Below, piece after piece: positions 9,500 to 17,332 of a stretch of 24,583 bases of DNA. The DNA is from Candidatus Sigynarchaeum calidifontis (GTDB lineage: Archaea; Asgardarchaeota; Lokiarchaeia; Sigyniarchaeales; Sigyniarchaeaceae), in contig JAUQYZ020000119.1 in assembly GCA_030587475.2 (NCBI GenBank), positions 1-24,583 on the forward strand, given 5' to 3'. Position 1 is the first letter of the stretch, and each line of letters opens with the position of its first letter. Below the pieces are notes generated by a model, which saw only the letters and a program-made list of their open reading frames with translations, was not told where the DNA came from and searched no databases. The position numbers and the translations under genes were made by a program.

Positions 9500-10015
9500 G
9501 TGCCCGGAAATTTGATGAAGCTCAAGATCGTGCTCGTGGGTTCGAATGCAGTCGGTAAAACCAGCATTGCGAACCGTTACACGAGAAATCTCTTCTCGAA
9601 CCGTTATATCAACACGATTGGCTGCGATTTTTACATCAAGACGCTCGATTTTCGCGGCGAGGAATGCAAGCTCATCATCCACGACATCGGAGGTCAGCTC
9701 GAGTTCCGCGAGTTCCGGAAAAAATACATGGACAACGCGGACATGGTGCTGGTCATTTTCGACTTGAATGATCGCACCACTTTTGAGATAGGCGATTACG
9801 TGAACGACGTGCTCACGCTGCCGGTGAAGGCGACCTGGGCTATCGTGGGCAACAAGATGGACCTCGTTGACAAGGACAAGGTAGACCTTTCCACGATAAA
9901 CGCCTTCGTTGAAAAATACAAGGTTCCATTGTATTTCACGTCCGCCAAGGAAAACACCAACATTCAAGAAGTGTTTCTCGACCTGGTCAAGCGATGTGTC
10001 GATGCAAAGGCGTGA
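9500..10015 (+). CDS. Ras-superfamily small GTPase, Rab-like
   Basis: G1 GSNAVGKT, G2 YINTIGCDF, G3 DIGGQ, G4 NKMD, G5 TSAK. Alternative start ATG 9515. Confidence 0.93.
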   Translation: MPGNLMKLKIVLVGSNAVGKTSIANRYTRNLFSNRYINTIGCDFYIKTLDFRGEECKLIIHDIGGQLEFREFRKKYMDNADMVLVIFDLNDRTTFEIGDYVNDVLTLPVKATWAIVGNKMDLVDKDKVDLSTINAFVEKYKVPLYFTSAKENTNIQEVFLDLVKRCVDAKA

Positions 10016-10143
10016 ACGTGAAATGCATTTCCGTTCGCAATGCTCGGGCGCATTTATGAAACATTAAGAATTCTCCTAAATTCCTTTTGAATGACGCGCG
10101 GCTTCCCCGTCATGGAAGCATTGCATCGCGCTCGTGATCGTCG

Positions 10144-11862
10144 ATGGCAGAGCACAAGGACCAGAAGCAAGGCAACGAATTCGAGATACACTGGCTGGAG
10201 GATGTCAAGAAGGAGATTCTCGCTCGCAACGCGGACGTGTACACGCTGAGCACGGGAAAAACGCCATCTGGTTCGATTCATCTTGGTATCCTCCGCGAGA
10301 TCACGATATGCGATTCAATCAAGCGGTTGCTCGTCGCGGAGGGGAAAAAAGTCCGCTTCTTACTCTTTTTCGACAGTCTCGATGCCGCCAAGCGCTTCCC
10401 CCCATACATTCCTCGAGATTTCGAGGTGCATCTCGGGAAACCCTTTGCAGACATCCCGTGCCCCGAAAAAAGCTGTGGCTGCGAGAGTTACGCGCACCAT
10501 TGGGGAAGGGAGCTTGTTTCCACGTTCTCGGACTTCGGACTCACGCCAGAGATCGTATGGACGCACGAGCTCTACCACACGCCAGAGATGAAAGCCCAGA
10601 TCAAGAAGGCGCTCGATAACACGGCGGTCTTGCGGGAGATCATCACGAAAAACATCACGCAGACCATCGACGATGAGAGCGGTGCAGCGTACCAGGAACA
10701 GATGCAGAACTGGTTTCCCGCCATGGTGGTGTGCTCCAAGTGCGGCACGACGCAGTTTTACGACAAGAAAGCAGACAAGATCTTGCCGAACCGGATCGTC
10801 GCATACCACGCGGAATCAAGCGAGGTCGATTACGAATGCCCCAACCCGCGGTGCAACAACAAGGAAAGTGTCCAGATCGACAGTCCATCGACGCGCTTGA
10901 AGATGAACTGGCGCGTGGATTGGCCTGCCAAGTGGAGCCTGTTCAAGACCACGCTCGAGCCCGCGGGAAAGGATCATGCCACGCCCGGCGGCTCGTACGA
11001 CACGGGGCTGGAAATCTGCAAGAAAGTCTACGGCTACGAGGGCCCGGTCAAGCTCGGATACGAGTGGCTTCGCCTCGGCGATGCGGACATGGGCACGTCC
11101 CGCGGGAAAACCTTCACGCCGCGGGAATACCTCGACATCGGCGGGCTCCCGGAAGCATTCCGCTATATCATCATCAAGACGAAAGCGTCGACGCACATCT
11201 CTTTTCGCGTGGATAATCTGCCACAATTATTCGAGGATTACGAGAAGTTCGAACGTGTTTTTTACGGCATCGAAAAGCCTGCCGATGCAACCGATGAAAA
11301 GGTCACGAAATACATGTACCCGCTCACGCAGGTAAAAAAAGTGGCCCGGGAGATGCCTGCCAGACTTCCCTTCAAGTATGCCATCGTTATGGCTCAAATC
11401 CGCGAGATCCTCGATGAAACCATTGTACGTGACAAGTGCAACGAGATGGTCCGAAGGATCACCCCGGGGGCTAAAGTGAAGCCGCTCTCTGCCGCGGTGA
11501 TAAAGAACACGCTCGACAAGGTCGCCTACTGGGTCAAGACCTACGCGCCACCGCAATACCGGTTCAACGTGTCGAAGTCGCTCCCGCCAGAGATCAAGAA
11601 TGCCTTGAACGATGAGGAAAAGGCAGCCCTCAAGAGACTCAAGACCTTGCTCGAAACAAAGGCATACGATGACGAGCAAGCGCTGCAAAACGACATCTTT
11701 GCAATCGCCAAGGATGACATGAAGGTGCCACCGACGAGGGTCTTCCAGGCAATTTACAAGGTTTTCGTGGGCGCGAAGTCGGGGCCCCGCATCGGGCCGT
11801 TCTTGCTCGCGCTCGACACGGAATTCATCTTGAAACGCCTGGCGGATGCCCTCGATCCTTGA
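10144..11862 (+). CDS. lysS: Lysyl-tRNA synthetase, class I
   Basis: GKTPSGSIHLG..RE, LGKPFADIPCP...SYAHHW, CxxC zinc ribbon, KMNWRVDWPAKW, EPAGKDHATPGGS, and C-terminal SGPRIGPF. Confidence 0.96.
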   Translation: MAEHKDQKQGNEFEIHWLEDVKKEILARNADVYTLSTGKTPSGSIHLGILREITICDSIKRLLVAEGKKVRFLLFFDSLDAAKRFPPYIPRDFEVHLGKPFADIPCPEKSCGCESYAHHWGRELVSTFSDFGLTPEIVWTHELYHTPEMKAQIKKALDNTAVLREIITKNITQTIDDESGAAYQEQMQNWFPAMVVCSKCGTTQFYDKKADKILPNRIVAYHAESSEVDYECPNPRCNNKESVQIDSPSTRLKMNWRVDWPAKWSLFKTTLEPAGKDHATPGGSYDTGLEICKKVYGYEGPVKLGYEWLRLGDADMGTSRGKTFTPREYLDIGGLPEAFRYIIIKTKASTHISFRVDNLPQLFEDYEKFERVFYGIEKPADATDEKVTKYMYPLTQVKKVAREMPARLPFKYAIVMAQIREILDETIVRDKCNEMVRRITPGAKVKPLSAAVIKNTLDKVAYWVKTYAPPQYRFNVSKSLPPEIKNALNDEEKAALKRLKTLLETKAYDDEQALQNDIFAIAKDDMKVPPTRVFQAIYKVFVGAKSGPRIGPFLLALDTEFILKRLADALDP

Positions 11863-11920
11863 GCGGCTCCGCGCTTGTCTACCCAAAATCTGCACTCGTA
11901 CCAAAGAAAAGTGAACATCC

Positions 11921-12625
11921 ATGGTCATGGAAAAACTGCGGAACGTTTCTAACAAGATCATCACGCCTCTCGCAAAAAGGTTCCAGGGATCCCGCGTTTC
12001 ACCAAATATCATCACCATCCTGGGCCTCGCCGCCATGGTCGTTGCATCAGCGTGGACGGCGGTCGTCGGATACCTGCGCCTCCATCCTGCCTTCTTGTGC
12101 ATCACGATCTCCTTTATCTTCTTGAGCGGGTTCTTCGACCTTCTCGACGGGGGGGTCGCGAAGGTAACCGGCCAGAAGACGAAATTCGGTGGCGTGCTCG
12201 ATTCCACGTGCGACAGGTACTCGGACGCGCTCTTTATCTTGGGGTTGATTTTCGGGAATTACTTGAACCCGCCTGATTACGTTCCATTGCCGAATCCAGA
12301 AGCCTGGGGCGTCATCATGGGCTTTTCTGGCATCATCGGGGCGTTCATGACAAGTTACGTTCGATCTCGTGCAGAGATCGAGGGCGTGAAGATGGCGGGT
12401 GTTGGCTGGATCGAACGTGGCGAGCGACTCTCGGTGTTTTTCCTCGGAACGATTGCCGAGACACTGGCCTCCGCTAACGGCGTTCATGGGATCATGTTCT
12501 GGACGTTTCTCGTGCTCATGGCGTTAATGCACTTGACCGCGCTCCAGCGGATCGTCCACGCGCGAAAGGAACTCAAGCGAATCGACGAGGCAATCGTGAA
12601 ACCAGCGAGCCCGCCACCAGCATAA
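11921..12625 (+). CDS. CDP-alcohol phosphatidyltransferase (probable archaetidylinositol phosphate synthase)
   Basis: SPNIITILG, signature DLLDGGVAKVTGQKTKFGGVLDSTCDR, SYVRSRAE, GWIERGER and TALQR. Confidence 0.88.
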   Translation: MVMEKLRNVSNKIITPLAKRFQGSRVSPNIITILGLAAMVVASAWTAVVGYLRLHPAFLCITISFIFLSGFFDLLDGGVAKVTGQKTKFGGVLDSTCDRYSDALFILGLIFGNYLNPPDYVPLPNPEAWGVIMGFSGIIGAFMTSYVRSRAEIEGVKMAGVGWIERGERLSVFFLGTIAETLASANGVHGIMFWTFLVLMALMHLTALQRIVHARKELKRIDEAIVKPASPPPA

Positions 12626-12725
12626 ACTGCATCCGCGTGAGCGAGCAAGGCATTTATCCTTCTATTCTTTTCCAGGATTGCCTAAAAAGAAACGTGAAAG
12701 CAAGGGATCTTCCCAAAATGGCGGT

Positions 12726-13010
12726 TTAACGCAAGGGGGTATGTTCCTTGCGCTCCTCCTTGGGTCGAGAGGAAAGCACGTGCCTGTGAATGGCACAAGA
12801 AACGCAATAATTTTGCGTGACCATGGTCTTTGGGATGATGGTTCCTGACTCTTCGAGCTCCTTGCGCATCTTGAAATCGACGACCGATACCGAGCGAGTG
12901 ACGGTCTTTACCTTGTCTCTCGGGACGAACCGGCCACAGCCAGAGCATTGAACGTTGCTCACGTTACCACCCTTCCTGCTACGGCCCCCATTTTTTCTTT
13001 TCTTTGAAAT
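12726..13010 (-). CDS. rps26e: 30S ribosomal protein S26e (eS26), 94 aa, apparent ATT start
   Basis: (I/M)SKKRKNGGRSRKGGNVSNVQCSGCGRFVPRDK...YCVSCAIHRHVLSSRPKEERK. The conserved KKR.N.GR N-terminus lies 16 codons upstream of the track's GTG, and GGTGAG lies 6 nt before the ATT. Confidence 0.93.
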   Translation of the reverse strand: MSKKRKNGGRSRKGGNVSNVQCSGCGRFVPRDKVKTVTRSVSVVDFKMRKELEESGTIIPKTMVTQNYCVSCAIHRHVLSSRPKEERKEHTPLR

Positions 13011-13016
13011 TGCGAA

Positions 13017-13022
13017 CTCACC
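13017..13022 (-). promoter_or_regulatory. Shine-Dalgarno motif GGTGAG for rps26e
   Basis: Minus strand reads TTTGGTGAG-TTCGCA-ATT-TCA-AAG-AAA. Confidence 0.65.
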
Positions 13023-13221
13023 AAACCTTTTATATTGTTGAACTTCTTCAGAATATATTACTTTGAATAAATCCGCCTATTATTAATTATTTATGAAATA
13101 ATTGCATTACTAACGACTATCTCGCGCGAGCAGCAAATAACCTAATGCACTAATCTTTAAGTCCCTACCTAGTTAACGTTACCCCATCACCCCACAGTCG
13201 TGTTATCCCGAGACTCCGTTA

Positions 13222-13234
13222 GGAGTCTATCTAA
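13222..13234. repeat. IS terminal inverted repeat (downstream of transposase)
   Basis: GGAGTCTATCTAA is the reverse complement of 14928-14940 with one mismatch. Confidence 0.85.
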
Positions 13235-13267
13235 CCATTTTTCTGCACCTCGTTCTCTTTAATCTTC

Positions 13268-13693
13268 TCATCCAAAGAAAAATGTCGGCCGTAGATACGC
13301 ATCTTCCACGCCTATCTCGGCTGCCACGACCGAAACGAACAGCATCGAGATGCCTTTCAGGAGCGTGTCCTTGTGCACGTTTTCAAGACCCCGGACGCGA
13401 GTTTGTTCCAGCCCGAGACATTGCTGCCCGATCCCGATGATCCCCTCGATGCACTTGCGTTGGTTGCGCCTTTTCTTGGGTACCTTGACGGCACTGGACT
13501 GTCGCCGCGCGATGCTGTTGTTGATCCCTCGAATCGCGTGATCCTCGGCATTCTTCGGGCTTTGATACCCATTATCCGCGTTGAGATTACCAATTTGTAA
13601 TTCTGGCTTTTCGCAGCGCAGCTCGTCCACCAGCGGCACGAGCGGGATGGAATCGTGCACGTTTGCTGGATAGACCTTGATCTTCACGGGCAC
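13268..13693 (-). CDS. Transposase, C-terminal frame (second Asp and Glu); joins upstream frame by a -1 shift at an A7 run
   Basis: PANVHD, LNADNGY and RKCIEGIIG...RVRGL. Junction reads GAC AAA AAA AGG TGC CCG TGA versus -1 frame AAG GTG CCC GTG. Confidence 0.85.
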   Translation of the reverse strand: MPVKIKVYPANVHDSIPLVPLVDELRCEKPELQIGNLNADNGYQSPKNAEDHAIRGINNSIARRQSSAVKVPKKRRNQRKCIEGIIGIGQQCLGLEQTRVRGLENVHKDTLLKGISMLFVSVVAAEIGVEDAYLRPTFFFG

Positions 13694-14736
13694 CTTTTTT
13701 TGTCGTCGATCAACAATTGCACGCGGTAACCAAGGAAAACCTGCTTCTTCGTGGCACGATAACCGAGACGGGCATCCGGGTCAATGTACGAGTAGTTCGT
13801 TTGCAACGCGGCAAAGAGGCCTGGGAAAAGTAACTCGACAGACGTGTCCCTCGGTGTCGAAACACCGGCGAGGTATTTTTCCACGTGCGATCGGAATGCC
13901 TCGAATGCTGGCGATTGGATTACTGCCATGAGCTGTTTCTTGAAGCTCGACATCGTAAGTTCGGAGGGCGTCTTGATCCCGCCAGAAACTGCCTTCAAAA
14001 ACGCGGCGTGTTCTGGTTTTTCAAGATATTTGTTCACCTTGGCTTGAGACAAGAAACCGCCGAGCTCGTATAAAACCACGAGATTCAGGTTCGTGATCCG
14101 CTTCTTGATGTTCCCAACACCGCTTTTTTTGTATCCCATGGCGGCTATCACGTCGGCTGCAAGTGATTGGTAGGTGGGATCCTCGATGAGCGCACAAGCG
14201 ACTGCATCATTCAACTTGATCTCCTTGTTCGCCTTCCCAAGATTAACAAACGCATCCACGGGCGCGGAATCGATGGTCACGCTTGAGAAGTCGATCCAAC
14301 CAGCTTTAACTAGATGATCGCGCAAGGTGTTGAAGATCTCGTCTAAAAGGTCCACGGTGAGCCGTTCGCGCTTGAATAGGCTGATGGTTTGATGGTCCGG
14401 CACATCGTCAAAGCCAAGCGCTGCAGCGACGTGTGGATTGCGGCGCAATTCACGTTCCAACTCGCAGTCAGACATGTTCTTGTTCAATTTTGCATGTAAC
14501 ACGGCTTTGAACATGGCGACTGGCGGAAATGGCGGCATGCCCGGTTTGCCCGGTTTCCATTTGTATAACAGGCTGAATTTCTCCTCGAAGGGCTTTAATA
14601 TATCATCGAAGGGGATAGAAAAAAAGATCTTCGTTTCGACGCGAGCCCCGTCTTCGTCACGCACCTTGAAAATCTTATCAGCGACGAGCTGAAGATTTTG
14701 TCTCTCGAAATAGGTTGTTTCCATCTCGGTAGCCAC
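13684..14736 (-). CDS. Transposase, N-terminal frame (DUF772/InsH-N domain and first catalytic Asp)
   Basis: PPFPPVAMFKAVL...SDCELE...LGFDDVPDHQTISLFK (DUF772-like), IDSAPV, and DPDARLGY...LGYRVQLLID. GGTGA RBS 7 nt before the GTG. Confidence 0.88.
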   Translation of the reverse strand: MATEMETTYFERQNLQLVADKIFKVRDEDGARVETKIFFSIPFDDILKPFEEKFSLLYKWKPGKPGMPPFPPVAMFKAVLHAKLNKNMSDCELERELRRNPHVAAALGFDDVPDHQTISLFKRERLTVDLLDEIFNTLRDHLVKAGWIDFSSVTIDSAPVDAFVNLGKANKEIKLNDAVACALIEDPTYQSLAADVIAAMGYKKSGVGNIKKRITNLNLVVLYELGGFLSQAKVNKYLEKPEHAAFLKAVSGGIKTPSELTMSSFKKQLMAVIQSPAFEAFRSHVEKYLAGVSTPRDTSVELLFPGLFAALQTNYSYIDPDARLGYRATKKQVFLGYRVQLLIDDKKRCP

Positions 14737-14927
14737 GAGTGCTTCACCTGCGCATCACGGGTTCTATATTCACGTGGGCATCACACGGATATAAATTTCA
14801 CGTGAGATCGGGTGATGATCGTTATAATTTGCCGAGACGGCACGGCACGGGCATGAAACGAGACGGCTCTAGCCCGATCTTGTTAACGCGATCGAACTAA
14901 AACGTTTAAGAAAGCTAGTGAAGGATA

Positions 14928-14940
14928 TTAGATAGGCTCC
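14928..14940. repeat. IS terminal inverted repeat (upstream of transposase)
   Basis: TTAGATAGGCTCC; partner of 13222-13234. Confidence 0.85.
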
Positions 14941-15060
14941 TAAGGAAATAAACTTTATATACAATCTTGGGGAATCAAGTCTTTGCTTTTCATGAGTATG
15001 GTAACACGCGCTCGGGAAAGCTTGATGCTGCAATGAATCACGCGTGATGGGGGATAACAC

Positions 15061-15576
15061 ATGAGGTTCAATCGAAAAATCGTCACGCTTTGCGGAGCAA
15101 TCGCAGTCTTAGTATGCGTGTCACTGACACCTACATCGCGAGGATATGGGACGAGTTTTGCGAACGCCGAGGTCATCACCCCCGGTACGATATCGGAACC
15201 CTTTAATCCATCTTATTGGGACGCGTATTTCAAGATCTCGTGTGGTACTGGCAATGTCTTGAAGGTCGGGTTGACATTCAACACGGCTAGTAATGATTTC
15301 GAACTCAGGCTCTATGATCCGAACCAGGTCTTCATTACCGAAGATGAATCCGGTGCAAGCCGCACGTCATTACATGTGCAAACGATGTGCAGGTCATCAG
15401 GCTACTATTTCATCCGTATCTGGGAAAATGGAAGCGGGACAGACACGATAGTTCTTACTGTTGAGTTGACGAGCTCAATCGTGTCCGGTTTCGACACGAT
15501 GACCATAATCGTGTCCATCATGTTGGCTATCGGGATAGCTTGGTATTTCGTTAGCAAGCGTTCCCGACCTGCTTGA
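15061..15576 (+). CDS. Secreted, C-terminally anchored protein with a PPC (pre-peptidase C-terminal)-like domain
   Basis: Basic/hydrophobic signal peptide; DAYFKI...DFELRLYDPN...SGYYFIRI beta-sandwich pattern; VSGF, then a TM helix, then a basic tail KRSR. Confidence 0.75.
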   Translation: MRFNRKIVTLCGAIAVLVCVSLTPTSRGYGTSFANAEVITPGTISEPFNPSYWDAYFKISCGTGNVLKVGLTFNTASNDFELRLYDPNQVFITEDESGASRTSLHVQTMCRSSGYYFIRIWENGSGTDTIVLTVELTSSIVSGFDTMTIIVSIMLAIGIAWYFVSKRSRPA

Positions 15577-15708
15577 ATAGCCGTGTGTGTATTCAATGAA
15601 TATTGAATGTTTCTTTCTTTCCTTTTGTTGAATTCGCCTGATTTGACATCTCATTTCTGAGAGAACCCGGCAAAAATCAAATATAATTGAAGATGATAAA
15701 GCGTCGCC

Positions 15709-16227
15709 TTATGGCTTGTTCTGCTGCATGATCAGGTCGATCATGCGCATGAAAAGTTCCCGCACGTTCTCGCCCGCCTTGGAGCTGGTTCTCATGTAGA
15801 TGATGCCGTGTTCCTTGCAAAAGGCGTGGATGTCCTCTTGTTTTACCTTTTGCTCGATGTCACCCTTCGTGCCCACGAGAATGACGGGGATCTTTTGCGG
15901 CTTGATGCGGTACACGTCCTTGAGCCAGTTCTCGCACGTCGTGAACGTCGCCGGGTTGTTCAAGTCGAAGCAGATCAAGGCACCATTGGCCCCGTGCATG
16001 TAGTACTGGCGCAAGATCGCGAAGCTGGGGTGGCCTGCGAGGTCCCACAAGTACAAGTGGAACTCGTCGCCATTCGCCAGTTTCTCCTCCTTGATGATGA
16101 AGTCGGCACCGATCGTTGGCTTATAATTCTCCTGGAACGTGTTCTTGGAATATTTCAGCAACAAAGAAGTCTTACCAACTTCTTGGTCTCCCACAACGCA
16201 AACTTTGCTTGTAAAGATCTTGGGCAT
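15709..16227 (-). CDS. Ras-superfamily small GTPase, Rab-like
   Basis: G1 GDQEVGKT, G2 YKPTIGADF, G3 WDLAGH, G4 TKGD, G5 TSSK. Confidence 0.93.
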   Translation of the reverse strand: MPKIFTSKVCVVGDQEVGKTSLLLKYSKNTFQENYKPTIGADFIIKEEKLANGDEFHLYLWDLAGHPSFAILRQYYMHGANGALICFDLNNPATFTTCENWLKDVYRIKPQKIPVILVGTKGDIEQKVKQEDIHAFCKEHGIIYMRTSSKAGENVRELFMRMIDLIMQQNKP

Positions 16228-16421
16228 TTTCCGGTCTCTTGGATGGTTTTTCTTGAATAATAGGTTAATTCGGATAATAAATTTGAAGATTTCCGCCCCA
16301 ACGTGCGAAACGTATTGGTCGAGCCTCTCTCGATCTGGAAAGATATCCCTCCAGTTTCGATTTCGTGGGCATGTGAGTTCCTCGTTATTATGAATGTATA
16401 GAGTTTTTGCTCATATGAAGG

Positions 16422-17252
16422 TTATTTCCGCGTGACAGGCGCGGCAAGATTGCCGTTCTTTGCGAAATCCTTGTCGAGTTGAACGTGGTCTTTGAGGGTG
16501 TATAGAAAAAAGTACTCGACACCCTTGAGCTGGGTTGGTGAAACGTTATTCCCGTATATGCCGAAATTGTACTCCGGGGCGGGATCGAAGGTGGACAAGG
16601 ACAGCTGGATGAACTTGTTGTTGTCGACGAGGAGCAACGCGAGCGGTAGAAGTAACTCGCGCCGATTATAGACCTCGATCCCCGCATCGACCAATCGTTT
16701 CACCTGGAGAATGTTTTCGTCGTTGACTTGCAAGGACACCTTGATCTCGCGCACGTGGTTGTCGGCCTTGCACGTCACGAGGCGGTCGAACGCCCACTTC
16801 TGCATAGGCGGGCCGAACAAGTCGGGTGACATGAGCCAATAGACGCGTTGCTTTGCCGTTTCGAGATAGTTCTCGATCGTGTCCCGCACGTTCTTCTTTC
16901 CCTGGATGGCCCACACGAGGCGCTGCTCGTCCTCCTTTCTCTTCTCGATGTCCTTGAGTTGCTGCTTCAGCTGGGCGGCGATTTCAAGTTGCTTCTTTAG
17001 GGTCTCGACCTCTTGCGTGAACACGTCGTCGACCGGCATGGCCTGGTATTTCCCGCCCCATTCCCGGTCCTCCTTTAATACCTTGCCGGCCGCGATGAGC
17101 CGCTTGAGCGAGTCGTACACCCTCGTGCGGTCGATGCCCGTCGATTCCGAGAGGGCTTGCGGCGTCGTCGCCCCGAGCTTGACCAGCGCGATGTAGACGA
17201 TCGCGTCGTTCTTGTTCCAATTCAGTTTTATCAGATCGTCTTCCAAGCTCAA
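16422..17252 (-). CDS. TrmB family transcriptional regulator
   Basis: N-terminal wHTH (VYIALVKLG...LSESTGIDRTRVYDSLKRL), coiled coil, then VWAIQGKKNV and an effector domain. TTG at 17252 has GAGGTG 6 nt upstream; track start is GTG 17261. Confidence 0.88.
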   Translation of the reverse strand: MSLEDDLIKLNWNKNDAIVYIALVKLGATTPQALSESTGIDRTRVYDSLKRLIAAGKVLKEDREWGGKYQAMPVDDVFTQEVETLKKQLEIAAQLKQQLKDIEKRKEDEQRLVWAIQGKKNVRDTIENYLETAKQRVYWLMSPDLFGPPMQKWAFDRLVTCKADNHVREIKVSLQVNDENILQVKRLVDAGIEVYNRRELLLPLALLLVDNNKFIQLSLSTFDPAPEYNFGIYGNNVSPTQLKGVEYFFLYTLKDHVQLDKDFAKNGNLAAPVTRK

Positions 17253-17332
17253 GCTCTGCACCTCATTTCATACCGGAGTTGGGGTCACAACGCGGCACTA
17301 TATGATAAGTCATTCGGTGGTAAGGGAATTTA

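Larger units (their letters stand above)
13222..14940 (-). mobile_element. Complete insertion sequence, 1719 bp, IS5/IS1182-like (IS4 superfamily DDE)
   Basis: 13-bp terminal inverted repeats GGAGTCTATCTAA (13222-13234) and TTAGATAGGCTCC (14928-14940), 12/13 identical; TA on both flanks (13220-13221, 14941-14942); encloses the transposase. Confidence 0.85.

Noticed and set aside
11227-12207. 326-aa antisense ORF over lysS and the phosphatidyltransferase
   Set aside because: Antisense shadow caused by codon bias; no motifs.
14831-14872. GAGACGGC twice and GAGACGGCTCTAG resembling an IS5-type end inside the IS
   Set aside because: No matching inverted partner found; the 13222/14940 pair explains the element better.
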